Assembly: GCF_963921235.1 (NCBI RefSeq)
Contig: NC_086100.1
Location: forward strand, 61,504,001 to 61,568,000
DNA: 64,000 bases
Direction: 5' to 3'
Source of the DNA: Mobula hypostoma
Taxonomy: Eukaryota
Shown here in pieces: positions 11,346-25,230 of the stretch. Numbering within the stretch: the first letter of the stretch is position 1; each line of letters opens with the position of its first letter. The notes under the pieces are model-generated. The model made no database searches. It saw only the letters and a list, made by a program, of their open reading frames with translations, and was not told the DNA's origin. The translations under genes were made by a program, and so were the position numbers.

Positions 11346-12492
11346 TATGCCGCACATAAATGTTCCTTAACAAGTTCACATTGACTGCCCCTGATTTTAA
11401 ATGAAGTTTAGATTATTCCTTAGAATTGACTCTAAAAGTATGCTCAACGGTGCAGCTAAATTGTTTTCCTTCTAGTTACTCATTTATGCTTTCCTCTCTT
11501 TTAACATTATGGTTTAAAAATTGACATTCTTCCAGTCCATTGGCACCTCTCCTGTTGTTCAGCTCACTGAAAAACAATGATCACTGCTTTTGTAATTTCC
11601 TCACTTTTTCTTCTTTAAAAGACTGTGGCATGTTTCAACCAGGTTTCCATTCTCAGAGTTGCTAAAATCTTCAACACTTCACCACTTATATTTCACACCT
11701 CTCCCCTTCAACTACAACACTGGCATCACCCTCCCAACTCCAAACTATTCATTAACTTCCCTGCATTCGTTCACTATCTCCACGGGTAAGGTAATCTTTT
11801 CAGTCACAGAAAAGCCCTTCTTTCTCCATTTTCTACCTATTGCAATAAGCATAAACTACTGGATTGTAACCTTATACAATATGTTTGTATTTTATTGATT
11901 GTATTTGTAGTTGTTATAGCCAGAGCCAGCAAGGTTTAACCAATATCCATGCTGTTGTTACATTAAATGATTCAGCCTTGCAATTTTTATCCACAGAAAG
12001 AATTCCATTCTAGGCCACTAGTGATCATAGACCTAAAACATAATGTTACAAGGCACTTTGGTGATCTGGATTACATAGGAAAATAAGAATAAATTGTTCT
12101 ATGCATTGATTATCTCTGTAATTCACTACCCCTTCGAGGAATTTTTTTTTTAAATCAACAGTTAATTACATGAAAGAAAGCACTTCTGATTTGGTGCCTC
12201 TTTAAATAATCCTTTCAAAATCCAGAAATACTTAATGCAATTACTCAAGCTATGTAATATTGGTGGGTTGCTATAATAATAGATCAGCAGTGGAAAGAAT
12301 AACAGTGAAAAGTTTCATTAAGGAATAAATGGAGAAAATAAACACTTCATTTGATAGAACGGAAAACATCTGCAGAGCAGCAATAGTATTGGAGTTCCAA
12401 TGCAATGTGACAGGATGATAATGTGTAGGAAAGTGACTGGTGGCCATCCTCTATTCAACACAGCAGGTACAAATCCAGAACAACAGGTTGCC

Positions 12493-13297
12493 TTCCCCCC
12501 CCCCCCCACCGATCTCCCTCCCGGCACTTATCCTTGTAAGCGGAACAAGTGCTACACATGCCCTTACACTTCCAACCTTACCACCATTCAGGGCCCCAGA
12601 CAGTCCTTCTAGGTGAGGCAACACTTCACCTGTGAGTCGGCTGGGGTGATAAACTGCGTCCGGTGCTCCCGATGTGACCTTCTATATATTGGTGAGACCC
12701 GACGCGGACTGGGAGACCGTTTCGCTGAACACCTACGCTCTGTCCACCAGAGAAAGCAAGATCTCCCAGTGGCCACACATTTTAATTCCGCGTCCCATTC
12801 CCATTCTGATACGTCTATCCACGGCCTCCTCTACTGTAAAGATGAAGCCACACTCAGGTTGGAGGAACAACACCTTATATTCCGTCTGAGTAGCCTCCAA
12901 CCTGATGGCATGAACATTGACTTCTCTAACTTCCGCTAATGCCCCTCGTACCCCATCTGTTACTTATTTTTATGCACACATTCTTTCTCTCACTCTCCTT
13001 TTTCTCCCTCTGTTCCTCTGAATATACCCCTTGCCCATCCTCTGGGTCCCCCCCCCCCCATCTTTCTTCCCGGACCTCCTGTCCCATGATCCTCTCGTAT
13101 CCCTTTTGCCTATCACCTGTCCAGCTCTTGGCTCCATCCCTCCCCCTCCTGTCTTCTCCTATCATTTTGGATCTCCCCCTCCCCCTCCCACTTTCAAATC
13201 TCTTACTAGCTCTTCCTTCAGTTAGTCCTGATGAAACGTCGATTGTACCTCTTCCTAGAGGTGCTGCCTGGCCTGCTGCATTCACCAGCAACTTTGA
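12493..13297 (+). mobile_element. Penelope-like element 3' fragment (GIY-YIG + 3' pLTR), same family as 3622-6547
   Basis: Near-identical to about 5670-6490. ORF 12613-12939 contains CVRCSRCDLLYIGETRR. Confidence 0.92.
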
Positions 13298-16200
13298 TGA
13301 GGTTGCTTAGACTGTATTTCTGCAGCAGCCTTTTTTTTTTGTAATTTATTTTTTATTGAATTTCATCATCAAACAAACATTTCCATAAGATGTATTTTAG
13401 ATACTGTACATATATATCATATAGTCATATTTGTCACAAATCTTATAGCTGTTTTGAATTGTAGTCTGAAATGATGATTGAAGTCAATAAAAGGTGTGTT
13501 CAAAAGCATAGAATATGAACTGACTGTAATGGGCAATATTGTATATGCAGGGAGTGTCAGCTTGCCTGCATTCATTTTGATGAATATCTTTGAAATCAGC
13601 TTGAAATGTCACAAAATTTTAACCACTGATTACAATGAGAGTAATTCTCATATAAGTGATGATTTGTGCTAATTTAAAATGTATTTTGTTGTAAATTGGC
13701 CCCACTCACACAATGACCCTGCTTACAATTCAATTTAATCACAAAGTTAAATACACTCACTCATCTGAGATTATTTTTTAAGAGGCTCTGAAAATTAACA
13801 TAGAACTCTTAGGTACGTGACTGGCATGATTTGAAAGCTTTTGTAAACTTATTTTAAATCCTAACTAACTATTGTTTCTTAATATCCAATAAACCAAATG
13901 AGGAAAATGCTCTGTATAGTTTTTATACATCACTTCCAGTTAATTGTGTACTGTTGATAAAAATGCTTATCTTTATGATGAACAAAACATCATTATCATA
14001 TTAATAAATGGCACTAAATTATCACACAAATATATTGAAGAATATTTCATGCAAAATTTTAAAAAACCCAAAACATGACCTGGTTGAATTGCTTCATGGG
14101 TGATCTTATGATTCCTGATTTGCAATTGGCTTGAGTTGAGAATTAGGAAATGTCACACCTAGATCATCAATTTGACTAAAGCAAAACTACTGTTCGCTAA
14201 TAAACTTGCATCATTTTATAACTTTGATATTTGAGTTAAAGGATTTTTTAAACTGCAGTAACAGAGTAAATTAATTCTAATGTAAAACCATCTATATTCA
14301 AATTAACAAAAGATTTTGCTGTACGCTGCAATTTTCCACTGTATATTTAATTCCTGAAAGGACCATTCCCATGGGAATTATCCAAATTTCCCAAAATAAC
14401 TTTAAGAAACTAGTAAAGATTAATGATCACCTATATTTGTTGCAGTGAAATTCATCATTTGCAGCAAATCAAATCAATCTTCTTTCGAGCAGTGATGCCA
14501 TTTCACCAGGTCATTTGTCTCCTGCCAATGTAACAGCAAGTGGCTGTGTAAACCCTGCCAGAAGTCCATAGCCATTGGAGGAAAATTTAACCTTTGGTCA
14601 ATAGAGTAATTATTCTATTTTTTTGAACATTTTACTGACTTCAATCCAAACTATAAGGTTGTGAGCCATTCTGTTTGAAATATTTGAAAGTCCATCAAAT
14701 AGCTTAAGCCACTGGTTGACTTTGCAGTGCCTCTTAAATCCTTAGTCATAATCTTGTAATAACCTACATTTTGATTGAGATTTTCTGTCTTTCAACAGAT
14801 TTTTGTAATTGAGGAGAGAATCTTAGAAGAATCCAATGAGAAGAGGCAAATCCTTTAGGATTCATTACGTAATCTCCATTAAAATTGCTCCCAGCACAAT
14901 TCTTTAAAGACCTGTATGGAATGTGGATTTTGCTGAAAAGACTAAAAGTTATTTTCTGTCCCTAATTGTCTTCAAGAAATTGTTGGCAAATTAGCTTGTT
15001 AAACCACTACATCTATGTAGTCTCTTTTGTTTGGAGTAGCAGGAATTTCACCAGCAATGATGAATATATGCTAAATGAATCCAAGTAACCTCAGTGACTG
15101 ACATGGAGAAGATGTAAGGATGGTGCTGGTCCCAAAACAATAGTACGTTCTCTGTCTAGATTGTAGGAACAGATGTTGAGAAGCTCTGTTGAATATTTGC
15201 TTTTGTCCATTGGATGGTGCAACTCCAGTTACGGTGTTCCAGTGAACCAGTCCAACTGAGGGACTGAATATCTAACATGGTGGACTAATATCAATCAGGT
15301 GGACTACTTTGGCCTGAATGCCATTAAAATACTTGAATATTATTGTAATTGCACTCATTCAGACAAGTGGACATCATCCCATCACTCTACTTACTCTGCT
15401 CAAGAAAAGTAATGCAGAGAGTATCTGCTCATGAGGCTGATACAGTTAAGATTTCAGTCAGTATTATCCATTAATGATGATGGATCTGACAATGGTAGTT
15501 CCACTGGGGAGGTAGGTGATTGCCATTTTAATGACAGCTATTATCTATGGATCTCACTGCAGAACTACCTTTATGAATAGAGATGCCAGTGCAACTTAAC
15601 TTTGGGTGCAGTGAGATCCAGAACCTCAGGACCTTCAGCACTACAAATACAATCTTGTTGGGTTACAGCTTTTGAAATGAAGCTGTTTTCATTACACGTG
15701 GATTGACTCGTAATGACCGAAGACTATCCTCAATGATGGAGAGAACTTCCAAAAAAGACCAAGACAGATTGTACATCTCCCAAATGTTTCACCTCATCTT
15801 TTGCACTCAAAATTGGGCACCCCATCATTTCCGATAATTTTGATGGTCAGTTGATATATTTTCCTTCACTGGTCATGGATTATGATGATGGAACCGCAGA
15901 GCTTTGACCTTATTCTTTTAGATATGAGATAGCTTAACTCCGTCAATAGGATACTGCTTTTACTGTACAGAATATATTTAGTCCTTCGTTGCAGCTTCAC
16001 CAAGTACCAAATTTTATGTGCAGCTGGTGTTGCTTCTCGCGTGTTCTTCAACACTTCTCACTGAACCAGGTTTGGACACTGGGCATGAAGGATCTGCAGG
16101 TCATTAAGTAGCAGATTGTGGTGGAATTCAATTTATTTGATGTTGAAGATCTACAGCACCTAATGGAAGACCCGTTTTATTCTGCTAGCTCTTTAGAAAT

Positions 16201-17184
16201 GTATTCCATTACGTAGCGATAACATTACGTGAATTTGATGAAGACTGGGTTTGGCTCTTTAAAGATGGGGGTAACAATGGTTTCTTCCAGTATTGTAAAG
16301 TAGCCAAATTTGTGAGGATGAGGTTAACTGGATTTTCCCTTCATTTTGGTTGTCTCACTGCCCACCACTGTGTTTACATTGGTAATGCCCAGTGATCCAA
16401 TTGGTTTTGAACATTATAGATAATTTGTTGCAGTTCCAATGCAACCAAATGGTTGCAAAGAGATTTCAAAGTGCAGTTAAGAGTCTAGCACACTTAGAGT
16501 CACATTTAGGCCCAATTGGCAACGTATTCACTTTCCGATTTTCTAAAAAGTTCTATTTTATAAAAAGGCAGAAAATTTAAGAGATTGTTATTGTAGATCT
16601 TCAAACTGTAAAGCTGGTTACAAAAATGTGGTATGAAAATATTCTTCAATAATGTACAAGCTTTTTTTTCTTTTAAAAAACATACTCATTTGTACATAAA
16701 TGTATATAGATTTTTGTACATCAATCCACTGCCATTATATAAATTATTACAAAGAAAATGGTAGCAAATGTATAGAGGGACCTGATGTGATTGGCTGGAA
16801 AAATGTAATGGATATTAACATATTGTAATTGAAGTCATCATCTTATTTTTAAAAATCTAAGTTTAAAAAACTGTTTTATAAGAGTCAGACATTTTATAAT
16901 CAGATTAAAAAATGATTTCTCACTTAAACAGATGCATTTGAATCATTGGCATGGCAAGAGTTAAATACTGCGTGGATGGTGTATACTCAAAGTGAGTAAC
17001 TATAGCAGGAGACAAGTACTATGAAATCAAAAGGTGGATACAATAGATACTTAGTTCAATCCCTACAACAACTTGCAGTATATATTTTAGTTTTAACTTT
17101 TTAGTGAGTACTGTATAGTGAGTACTACATAACTATTTCGACCTAATGTCTAGAACAGTGCAAACAATATCTCTTAAAATCTAG

Positions 17185-17990
17185 AGACACAAGAAATTGC
17201 AGATGCTGTAGTCTGGACCAAAAAATAAACTTCTGTAAGAGCTGAGTAGGGTGTAGCAGCATTTATGGAGACAAAGGTCAAGACCAAATTTGTTAAGGTT
17301 TTTAATACTTTAACTACTATGACCACCCCATTGAACATCAGGCCATTATCACCCAGACAGTCTCTAACTTTTTTTTTTATCGGGCAGAAATTAGAATGAT
17401 GATGGTACTCAGTAAGTCAGGCAGCATCAATGGAGGCGAATAAACAGTCAACCTTTTGTTCTGAGACCCTTCAGGACTGGAAATGAAGTGGGGCAGAAGC
17501 CAGAATAAGAAGGTGAGAGAGGGGAGGGAGTACAATCTTGCAGGTGATGGTTGGATGCAATTGATGGGGGGGGGGCGAGGTATTGAAGTAAGAAGCTGGA
17601 AGAGGTAAAAGACTGAAGAAAGAATTTGATAGAAGCGGGCAGTGGACTGTGGAACAAAGGGAAAGATGAGACACACACCAGAGGAAAGTATGTTACAAAT
17701 GTTGTTTAAACTGTTCTAGACAAAGAAATGTGGCCCTCCAATACATGATGGGTCTCACTGAAGTAGACGAGGCTGCACTAGGAACACCAAATACATTAAA
17801 CTACCCCGATAGATTTACACTGAAATGCTACCTCACCTGGAAGGGCTGTTTTGAACCCTGAATGATGGAGAGGGGTGGAGATGATTTAGCATGGTTGCAG
17901 TGGTAAGTGCCAGGAGGGGCTCAGTGATGCTGATATTCTAGCTGGGAGTAGTGAGAGGATAAATATGGGAAATGAAGGAGACATGCTTGA
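17185..17990 (-). mobile_element. Old Penelope-like element 3' remnant
   Basis: pLTR-like GCAGATGCTG..GCAGCAT, a decayed hammerhead (rc CAGTCCTGAAGGGTCTCAG) and CCTCACCTGGAAGGGCTG matching the rc of the PLE endonuclease region. Confidence 0.55.
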
Positions 17991-19084
17991 GAGCTATCAA
18001 TTAAGATGGGAAGTAGTCTCAGGAAATGAAAAAGGAAGATGTGTTAAAAGTGCTACATGCACACTCTTTTCATCGGAGCAGATACTGGATTCAGACTTCC
18101 AGCATTTGTAGTTTCTTGTACCAAGTTCTTTCTCAGGATTGACTCTTAGTACCCCATAATGTGTTTTAGGGATCACTTTCAAAATCCTCCTTTAGAAAAC
18201 ACACTTCCGCTTACCTCTGTGTCACCTGTCAGCCTGGTTAATTGTCATGATGCTACTGAATCTAAAAAACAATAAAGACTACCTGTCAGACGGTTGGCTA
18301 ATTAAAATGTGCTGCATTAGATGTTGATATCAGGAGTACAAGTCCTAAAAAATGGAGGAATTTTCAGATGTCTCCAGGTACAGATGGAGTCAATGTTTCC
18401 AAGATAAATAGTAAATCCTGTCTGAAGGATTTCATCATTTTTTGCTGTCATGATTTACTATAATGATGAATCTTCATAAACACATTTTTTAGACCAAACA
18501 GTGAAAAGAAGAGTTACTTGAAGCAGGGAAGGTGACGTACAGTAATAGATCACTCTTCGACTGTGATGGACATAGAAGTGTAGCTGCATTATGTGTTGCA
18601 GGCAATGAGGGAGTCTCCTGGATTTTAAAATCTGTATTATCTATGACATAATTCTGTGGCATTGAGAGAATGAAATCCAAGGAGATTGCTGGAATATCTG
18701 GTCCAACAATTGAAAACACTTCATTGGTGCCATTAAAGGAAAGCTACATTACCTACAGTCTGAAAATTACATAATTTTAATGCTGAGTTTGTTCATGTTT
18801 AGAGGATCCAGAAGAGTGCAACTTCTAGGCAAGCATGAATTCTGCTTTCTTTATAGGCAAAGCCTGTAAAGGTAAACCAGACAGAATAATATTGCTTCAC
18901 TGAGATAGTTACACATAACTCAGTTACAAATTTACCCGCAGCAAGGACCTACAAAGAAGATGAGTGGTCAAGTCATTTGATGGTCCTATAATGCAGAATA
19001 TAATAAATGTTCTGTTATTAACACAATGGGAAATGGTCATTGGAGACAAATAAATGGCAATATCTCCAATAGTGTGGCACAACG

Positions 19085-19297
19085 CCCAAAAAATGAAGAA
19101 GGAACTCGGCTGGTTAGGCAGCATCTGTGGAGGGGAAGAAACGGTCAACAGGTTGGCCCAAGACCGTTCATCAGGACTTGAAAGGAAAAGGGCAGAAGTC
19201 TGTCATTTTCCTTTATAGATGCTGTCTGATAGCTGAGTTCCTCCAGTATTTTGTGCACTTCATTCCAGATTTCCAGCATCTACAGACTCTCTTGTGT
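19085..19297. mobile_element. Short foldback element made of two inverted PLE pLTR ends
   Basis: GGAACTCGGC..GGCAGCATCTGTG at the left is mirrored by TAGATGCTGTC..CTGAGTTCCTCC at the right. A decayed hammerhead lies on the - strand at about 19145-19178. Confidence 0.6.
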
Positions 19298-19634
19298 CTT
19301 AAGAATGTGGCACACTCTTTGTCCTGCATTGAAGCATCTGCATTTAACGTGCTCAGATCTGGAGAATGGGGATTGAACTATAAGTTCCCTAAGTTCACTA
19401 CTTTCTGACCCACCTCAAACATAAGCCACTCTTCACAGAATTGTGATGCATGCTGCTTGCACAGGGTGTGTCTAACCTGGAAGGAAGATTTCCTCATAAG
19501 TAGTGGCCCTCTGCGCAGACTGGTTGCTTGTGCTGCATTGTTTTTGAATCTATTCCATCTGTGTTTGTCACGGGGGAAATTCTCAGGACATTTCCCTGAC
19601 TTGCAGCGCTGGTGACTTCATTGCAACTCTGAAG

Positions 19635-21990
19635 ATAAAGTCCTAAACTGCAGCCGGACCAACTTTGAGGGCATTAGGTGGGATCTAGCTGGGGTCGACT
19701 GGGTGACTCTATTTAAAGGCAAAGGAGCATTTGGCAAGTAGAAGGCTTTTAAAATTGTCATATTAACAGTCCAGAGGCAACATACTCCAGTTAGTGTGAA
19801 GGGTGACAGACAAAATTCGGAGAACCCTGGCTGATGAGAGATATGGAGACTCTGATCATGCCAAAGAAGGAAGCGTATACTACTACTAGGCAGCCGGGTA
19901 CAAATGAGGGGAACTTGGCGGGCAGGGTTAAAGATAATCCCAAGAGGTGCTTAAGTAATATTAACAGTAAAAGAACGCGAGGGAGAGACCATGTCCTCTT
20001 AAAATCGTCAGGGCTGCCTATGTGTAGAGCAGCAGGGGATAAGGGAGATTTAAAATGCCTATTTCTCCTCAGTGTTCACTGAGGAGATTATCATGGATGC
20101 CAAAAGGTTGTGGGTAATAACAAGTGAGGTCTTGGAACATGTGCGTATTACAGGAGACATGTGTGGCTTTGAATTGTATTAAACTAGGCAAATCCCCGGA
20201 CCCTGACCAAGCTTTTAACACCATAGATCAGCAAGTTGTTTGGTTAAGTCTCCCCTCTCGCTGTGAAATGGGGACACCTCATTTTCCCTTATTAAGGGGG
20301 GAGAGAGAGAGCCTGTGGTATGTTGAATTACTGGGTGAACGAGTAGTCTTTGGGGTACTGCAAGGCTGTGTCTTTATTGATGCTTTGTTGCATGCTTGAG
20401 TGCTCGTGGGGGCGCCTATGCTTTTTGCTGGTGGAGGGGGGATCATTGCTTTGCTGCTGCTTGTGTGTGGGAGGGGGAGCTGCGGGGGGCTTTGGGGTTC
20501 AAACATTTTACTTATTCATTCTTTGGGGCACTCCTCTGTTTTTGCAGATGTTTGCAAAGAAAAAGAATTTCAGGATGTATATTTTATATATTTTTATGAC
20601 ATTAAACATACCTGTTGAAACCTATTGAAGTGCACCCCTGAGCCCTATGGGAGGTTAATTGCAGGGAGCATTGTAGAGTTATCTTCTTCATTGTTAGCCA
20701 TTAGCAAAGTTCCCTTGGCTCCCTTCATTTTCTTCCACGGTCTACTGTCCTCTCCTATCAGATTCCACCCATCACACCCCTCCCCCATCTTCTTATTTCA
20801 CCCCACACCCAACCACCTTGTCCTTCACCTGGTCTCACCTATCATCTGCTAGCTTGTCGTCCTTCTCCCTCACCCTCCCTACTCAGGCTTCTGCCCCCTT
20901 ATTTTCCAGTCATGATGAAGGATCACAGCCCAAAACTTCCAACAATTTATTTCCCTCCATAAATGCTGCCTGAGTTATTCAACTCCTCCAGCAATTCGTG
21001 TGTGTGCCGCTCAAGATTTTCAGCATCTGCAGAAACTCTGGTGGTTGTTGATAGTGAAGCAGACTATAATGAATTACAAAGAGATCTTGATCAGTTATGG
21101 AGGTGAACTGAGAAGTGGCAAATGGCTTTCAACTGAGATAAGTGCGAAGTGATGCAGCTTGGACATTCAGACCAGGGTAGGACCCATACAGTGAATGGCA
21201 GGGCACAGACATGTGTTGTGGAACAGTACAAGTACACAGTCCACTGAAAGTGGCCATACAAGTAAACATAAACAAGAGAAAATCTGCAGATGCTGGAAAT
21301 CTGAGCAACACACACAAAATGCTGGAGGAATCGGCTTGAATTGTCAACTGTACTCTTTTCCATAGATGCTGCCTCACCTGCTGAGTTCCTCCAAGTAGAC
21401 ATGGGTGGTGAAGAAGACATTTAGCGTGCTGGCCTTCATCAGTCAGGGTGCTGTGTTTAGGAGTAGGGACATTATGTTGCAGCTATTAGTGAGACTACAC
21501 TTGGATTAGTGTGGACAGTTATGGTCATATAATTAGGGGAATGCCATTGTCAAATTAGAGAGATTGCAGAGGAAACTTACAAAAATGCTGCCTCAGATAG
21601 GGGCCTTAGTTATAGGATGAGACCATGCTGGTTCTTTATTCCTTGGAACATGGGTGAATGGTATGTGACCTCACAGAAATTTAGAAAATCATGAGGGGTA
21701 TGATTAAGGGAATGGATAGGTCTGATTGCCAAGATTGGGGAGTTCAAAAGAAGAGGGAACAGCTGCAAGAGCGGAATGAATTAAGAGACCTGAGAGGTAA
21801 CTTCTTTTCCCTGAGGGCAGTAAGTATTTCAAGGTGGGTACAATTACAACATTTAAGAGGCATTTGGATAGGTACTTGGAAGAGAGGGGAAGGTTATGGG
21901 CCAAACATGAACAACTGGGAATGGCAGGGAAGATGCTGTGGTTAGCATGGATCAGCTCAGCTGAAGGGCCTGTTTCCAGACTTTGAGACT
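19635..21990 (+). mobile_element. Heavily degraded CR1 ORF2 with nested insertions (about 20212-20628, 20715-21040, 21268-21393)
   Basis: Collinear remnants KVLN..TNFEGIRWDLAGVDW, VKDNPK, KSPDPD, the CEVM..G region and a CR1 tail GCTGAAGGGCCTGTTTCC. Confidence 0.65.
20715..21040 (+). mobile_element. PLE 3' pLTR fragment with decayed hammerhead
   Basis: Pyrimidine-rich UTR, then CAGTCATGATGAAGGATCACAGCCCAAAAC, then ATGCTGCCTG..CAGCATCTGCAG. Confidence 0.6.
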
Positions 21991-22432
21991 ATAATGAGTA
22001 AATTTCATGAGATGCCAAGGGATAGCCCAGCACAGGGGGCGTTGGTAAGGAGATGTGCTTCTGTTAGTGTCTGTGGAACACATCCTTATCCTCAATGTCC
22101 CTGTGAAGGAGTCTGACAGAAACATCCATAGAGTGTAACACAAGTGCCTTCCATTCCTGAATACCTGATTTACCATAATGATGAATCATCATAAACACAC
22201 TTTCTTAGCCCAAACACTGAAAAGTAGAACAGTTTGAAGCAGAACTCTTAAAGATTGTTTAAAAGACTTATGAATACTTAGGATCAATAAAAAAGAGAAA
22301 TAAAAAATAACTCTGGAACATCATCACACAAAGTAATAAATGTTAAAAAAACTGCAGCAAAAAAATGATAAACATTTCTTTTGTCTGAAAGTGCGCAGGT
22401 CAACTTAAAATCACTGTTTTAGAAGCTGTACA

Positions 22433-22910
22433 TACTTTATACTTTATACTTAATTGTCACCAAACAATTGGTACTAGAACGTACAATCATCACAGCGATA
22501 TTTGATTCTGCGCTTCCCACTTCCTTTCTTACAAATATTAAATATTAAAAATATTTAAAGTAGTAAAATTAGTAAATATTAAAAATTTATTATAAATCAT
22601 AAATAGAAAATAGAAAAATGGAAAGTTAGGTAGTGCAAAAAAACCGAGAGGCAGGTCCGGATATTTGGAGGGTATGGTCCAGATCCGGGTCAGGATCCGT
22701 TCAGCAGTCTTATCACAGTTGGAAAGAAGCTGTTCCCAAATATGGCCGTACGAGTCTTCAAGCTCCTGAGCCTTCTCCCGGAGGGAAGAGGGACGAAAAG
22801 TGTGTTGGCTGGGTGGGTCGTGTCTTGATTATCCTGGCAGCACTGCTTCGACAGCGTGTGGTGTAAAGTGAGTCCACGGACGGAAGATTGGTGTGTGTGA
22901 TGTGCTACGC
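22433..22910 (-). mobile_element. Rex1/Babar-like LINE 3' end
   Basis: - strand peptide HPANTLFVPLPSGRRLRSLKTRTAIFGNSFFPTVIRLLN and a (TAAAGTA)n tail at 22433-22451. Confidence 0.75.
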
Positions 22911-22924
22911 TGCAGCAAGTGACG

Positions 22925-23305
22925 GGTGACCTCACTGAAATCTGAATGGTGAAAGGTCTTGACAGAGTGGATGTGGAGAGAATGTTTCCTATGGTGGGAG
23001 AGTCTAAGACTAGAGGACAGGGCCTCAGAATAGAGGGATGTCCTTTTAGAACAGAGACAAGGAGGAGTTTATTTAGCCAGAGAGTGATTAATCTGTGGAA
23101 TTCTTTGCCACAGGCAACTGTGGAGGGCAAGTTGCTGTGTATATTTAAGGCAAAGATTGACAGATTCTTGATGAGTCAGGGCGTGAAGGGATACAGGGAG
23201 AAGGCAAGAGATTGGGGCGGAGAGGAAAATTGGATCAGCCATGATGAAATGGCAGAGCAGACTAGATGGGCCAAATGGCCTAATTCTTCTCCTATATCTT
23301 ATGGA
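22925..23305 (+). mobile_element. CR1 3' end
   Basis: ORF 22946 KGLDRVDVERMFP..TRGQGLRI..FSQRVINLWNSLP. Confidence 0.85.
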
Positions 23306-24084
23306 GGTCTAATATTGTGCTTCAGATGAAATCTCTGGCAAATATAGGCAAATGCCAAGGTACTCCCCCCTCATAACAATACAAATAATGCACACCTGAT
23401 ACATATACATGTAAATTGACCCCAAAGTTTACTTCACGACATCCATCAGTTCTAAGTACTTCAACACAGACAATTTCTGAAGTTGTTGACAGAAAATAAT
23501 TACTAAAAAACGGACAAGTGAGTCAGAGTGGAGTTTATGATTGCACAATAAATTATCAGTTTGGCAACATGCTGGATTTAAGTGATGTATGTCTCTTCAT
23601 TCTATACACTAGTGCTTCCACAGGAACTTTATTAATTTGCATTGTTCACACATGACGGATGAAAATTTTACATCTTAAAAATAGTTTTGTACTATTATTC
23701 CAAGGATAAGAAAATAGGAAAATTATCTAACTTTAATGATTTGTGAGAAATCAAAGCCAGCATTACGTTAAAATAATTACATTGCTGAAAAGTTTAGCAA
23801 GCCCGGAGACGTGAATGGTAGAAATCATTAAATATTATATTAAAAGAAATACTGTATTATTAAAGAGGGAGAGAAGGAATGAGAATGATATAATAGGAGG
23901 TGAAACAGTATATAATTTTCTATAGTGCATGGGAAAAAGTTAACAAAGTTAAGTTCTTTAGCGACAGTCTGAAAAACATTTTGATATTTGGGGGATGTGG
24001 ATGGGTTTTTTTATACTGTAAATCATAGAACGAGATACAACTACAACAGGAAGTTAGTGAGGACATTCCAATGCACAATAAGAT

Positions 24085-25230
24085 TGTCATGGTCTGGTCC
24101 ATGAAGTCCGTATTCCGGTTCACGGTCCGGTCCGTGGTCTCAGGACTCTGGGTCTTCCGGCTGTCCCTTCTTTCAGTTGGGTTAATCATAGGCACCTGAT
24201 TCCCATCTTGAGGCTAGGAATATAAGTAGCCTTGGGGTTGAGTGTGGGCTGCTGGTTTGTCTTGCCAAGATCCCCTGGGAGAAACCTGCCGGTGGAAGGC
24301 TAGAGTGGCCACTTGCCATCTTTAGGCCGTGTTGGGGAACCATCCCCTCATGAAGCCTTGCTGTCAGTAGTCAGAGCTGTCTTTGTGGTATGGATTTGGC
24401 CGTTTCCTGGGCCAGCAGAGTGGCTGTCAGCCATTCCGAGCTAGGTAGAGATACGGCTGTTTCCATAGCCAGCCGAGGTTGCTGGCCGTAACTGCGACTT
24501 GGAGCAACCCTGGTGCAGAGATGGAACTGTCGTTCTTCGGTGTTTGTCTCTTCTTGTCCTTGCCTCCGTGGGGTAAGTCAGGCCGTTCTGCCGTTGCCTT
24601 GTGGGGGAACTATCTTGTCTTGTCTTTGCCTCTGTTGGGTAAGTCAGGCTGTTCTGCCGTTACCCGACGGATGGACCTGTCCCACCTTGGTGTGGAGGTA
24701 AAGTTGAGTCCCAGCTTGTCTAAGGATAAGTCCTGGCTCTATGTCTATGTACTATCCAGTCTCGTGTTAGTGTCGTGTTAAGGTGAGTCCCGGCTTTTCA
24801 AAGGATAAGTCCCGGCTCTATGTTGATGTACAGTTCCCAGTCTGCCTCTGAGCTCCAGCCTCTGCGTTATCAGCCTCCGCATTCCAAGACCCCAGCTTCC
24901 AGCCTTCAGCGTCAAGCCTTAAGACCCCAGCCTCATCCAGTTCTGTAGCCATGTCATGTCCTTGACTAGTTCCAGGGTCCAAGGCAAGACCCAGGTTCTG
25001 GGTCCTTGTCCAGTCTCTGGCTCCGAGTCCAATCCTAGGATCCTAGTTCATGGTTCCTAGTCCTGGTCCTGCCTTCCCAGTCTGGTCCATATCCTAGCCC
25101 AAGTCTGCATTCTTGTCCTTGCTCCTTGTCTGTATCCTGTCACGTCCCTACTCTAGTCAAGTCCTGTTCCTAGTACTTCAGTATCTGTGTCTTGCACTTG
25201 GGTCTGTTCTCAATGCCCCCCTTTGTGACA
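24085..25230 (+). mobile_element. Solo LTR (Gypsy-like)
   Basis: TGTCA...TGACA termini, 5-bp flanks AAGAT/AAGAC, TATAAG at about 24221, internal short direct repeats and TGCACTTGGGTC near the 3' end. Confidence 0.7.

Noticed and set aside
14447-14813. Alternative terminal exons for the DD gene (acceptors at about 14445 and 14799)
   Set aside because: They give only a few codons before a stop and cannot be told from random acceptors without transcripts.
14900-16400. Possible ancient LINE remnants
   Set aside because: Too degraded to assign a family or boundaries by eye.
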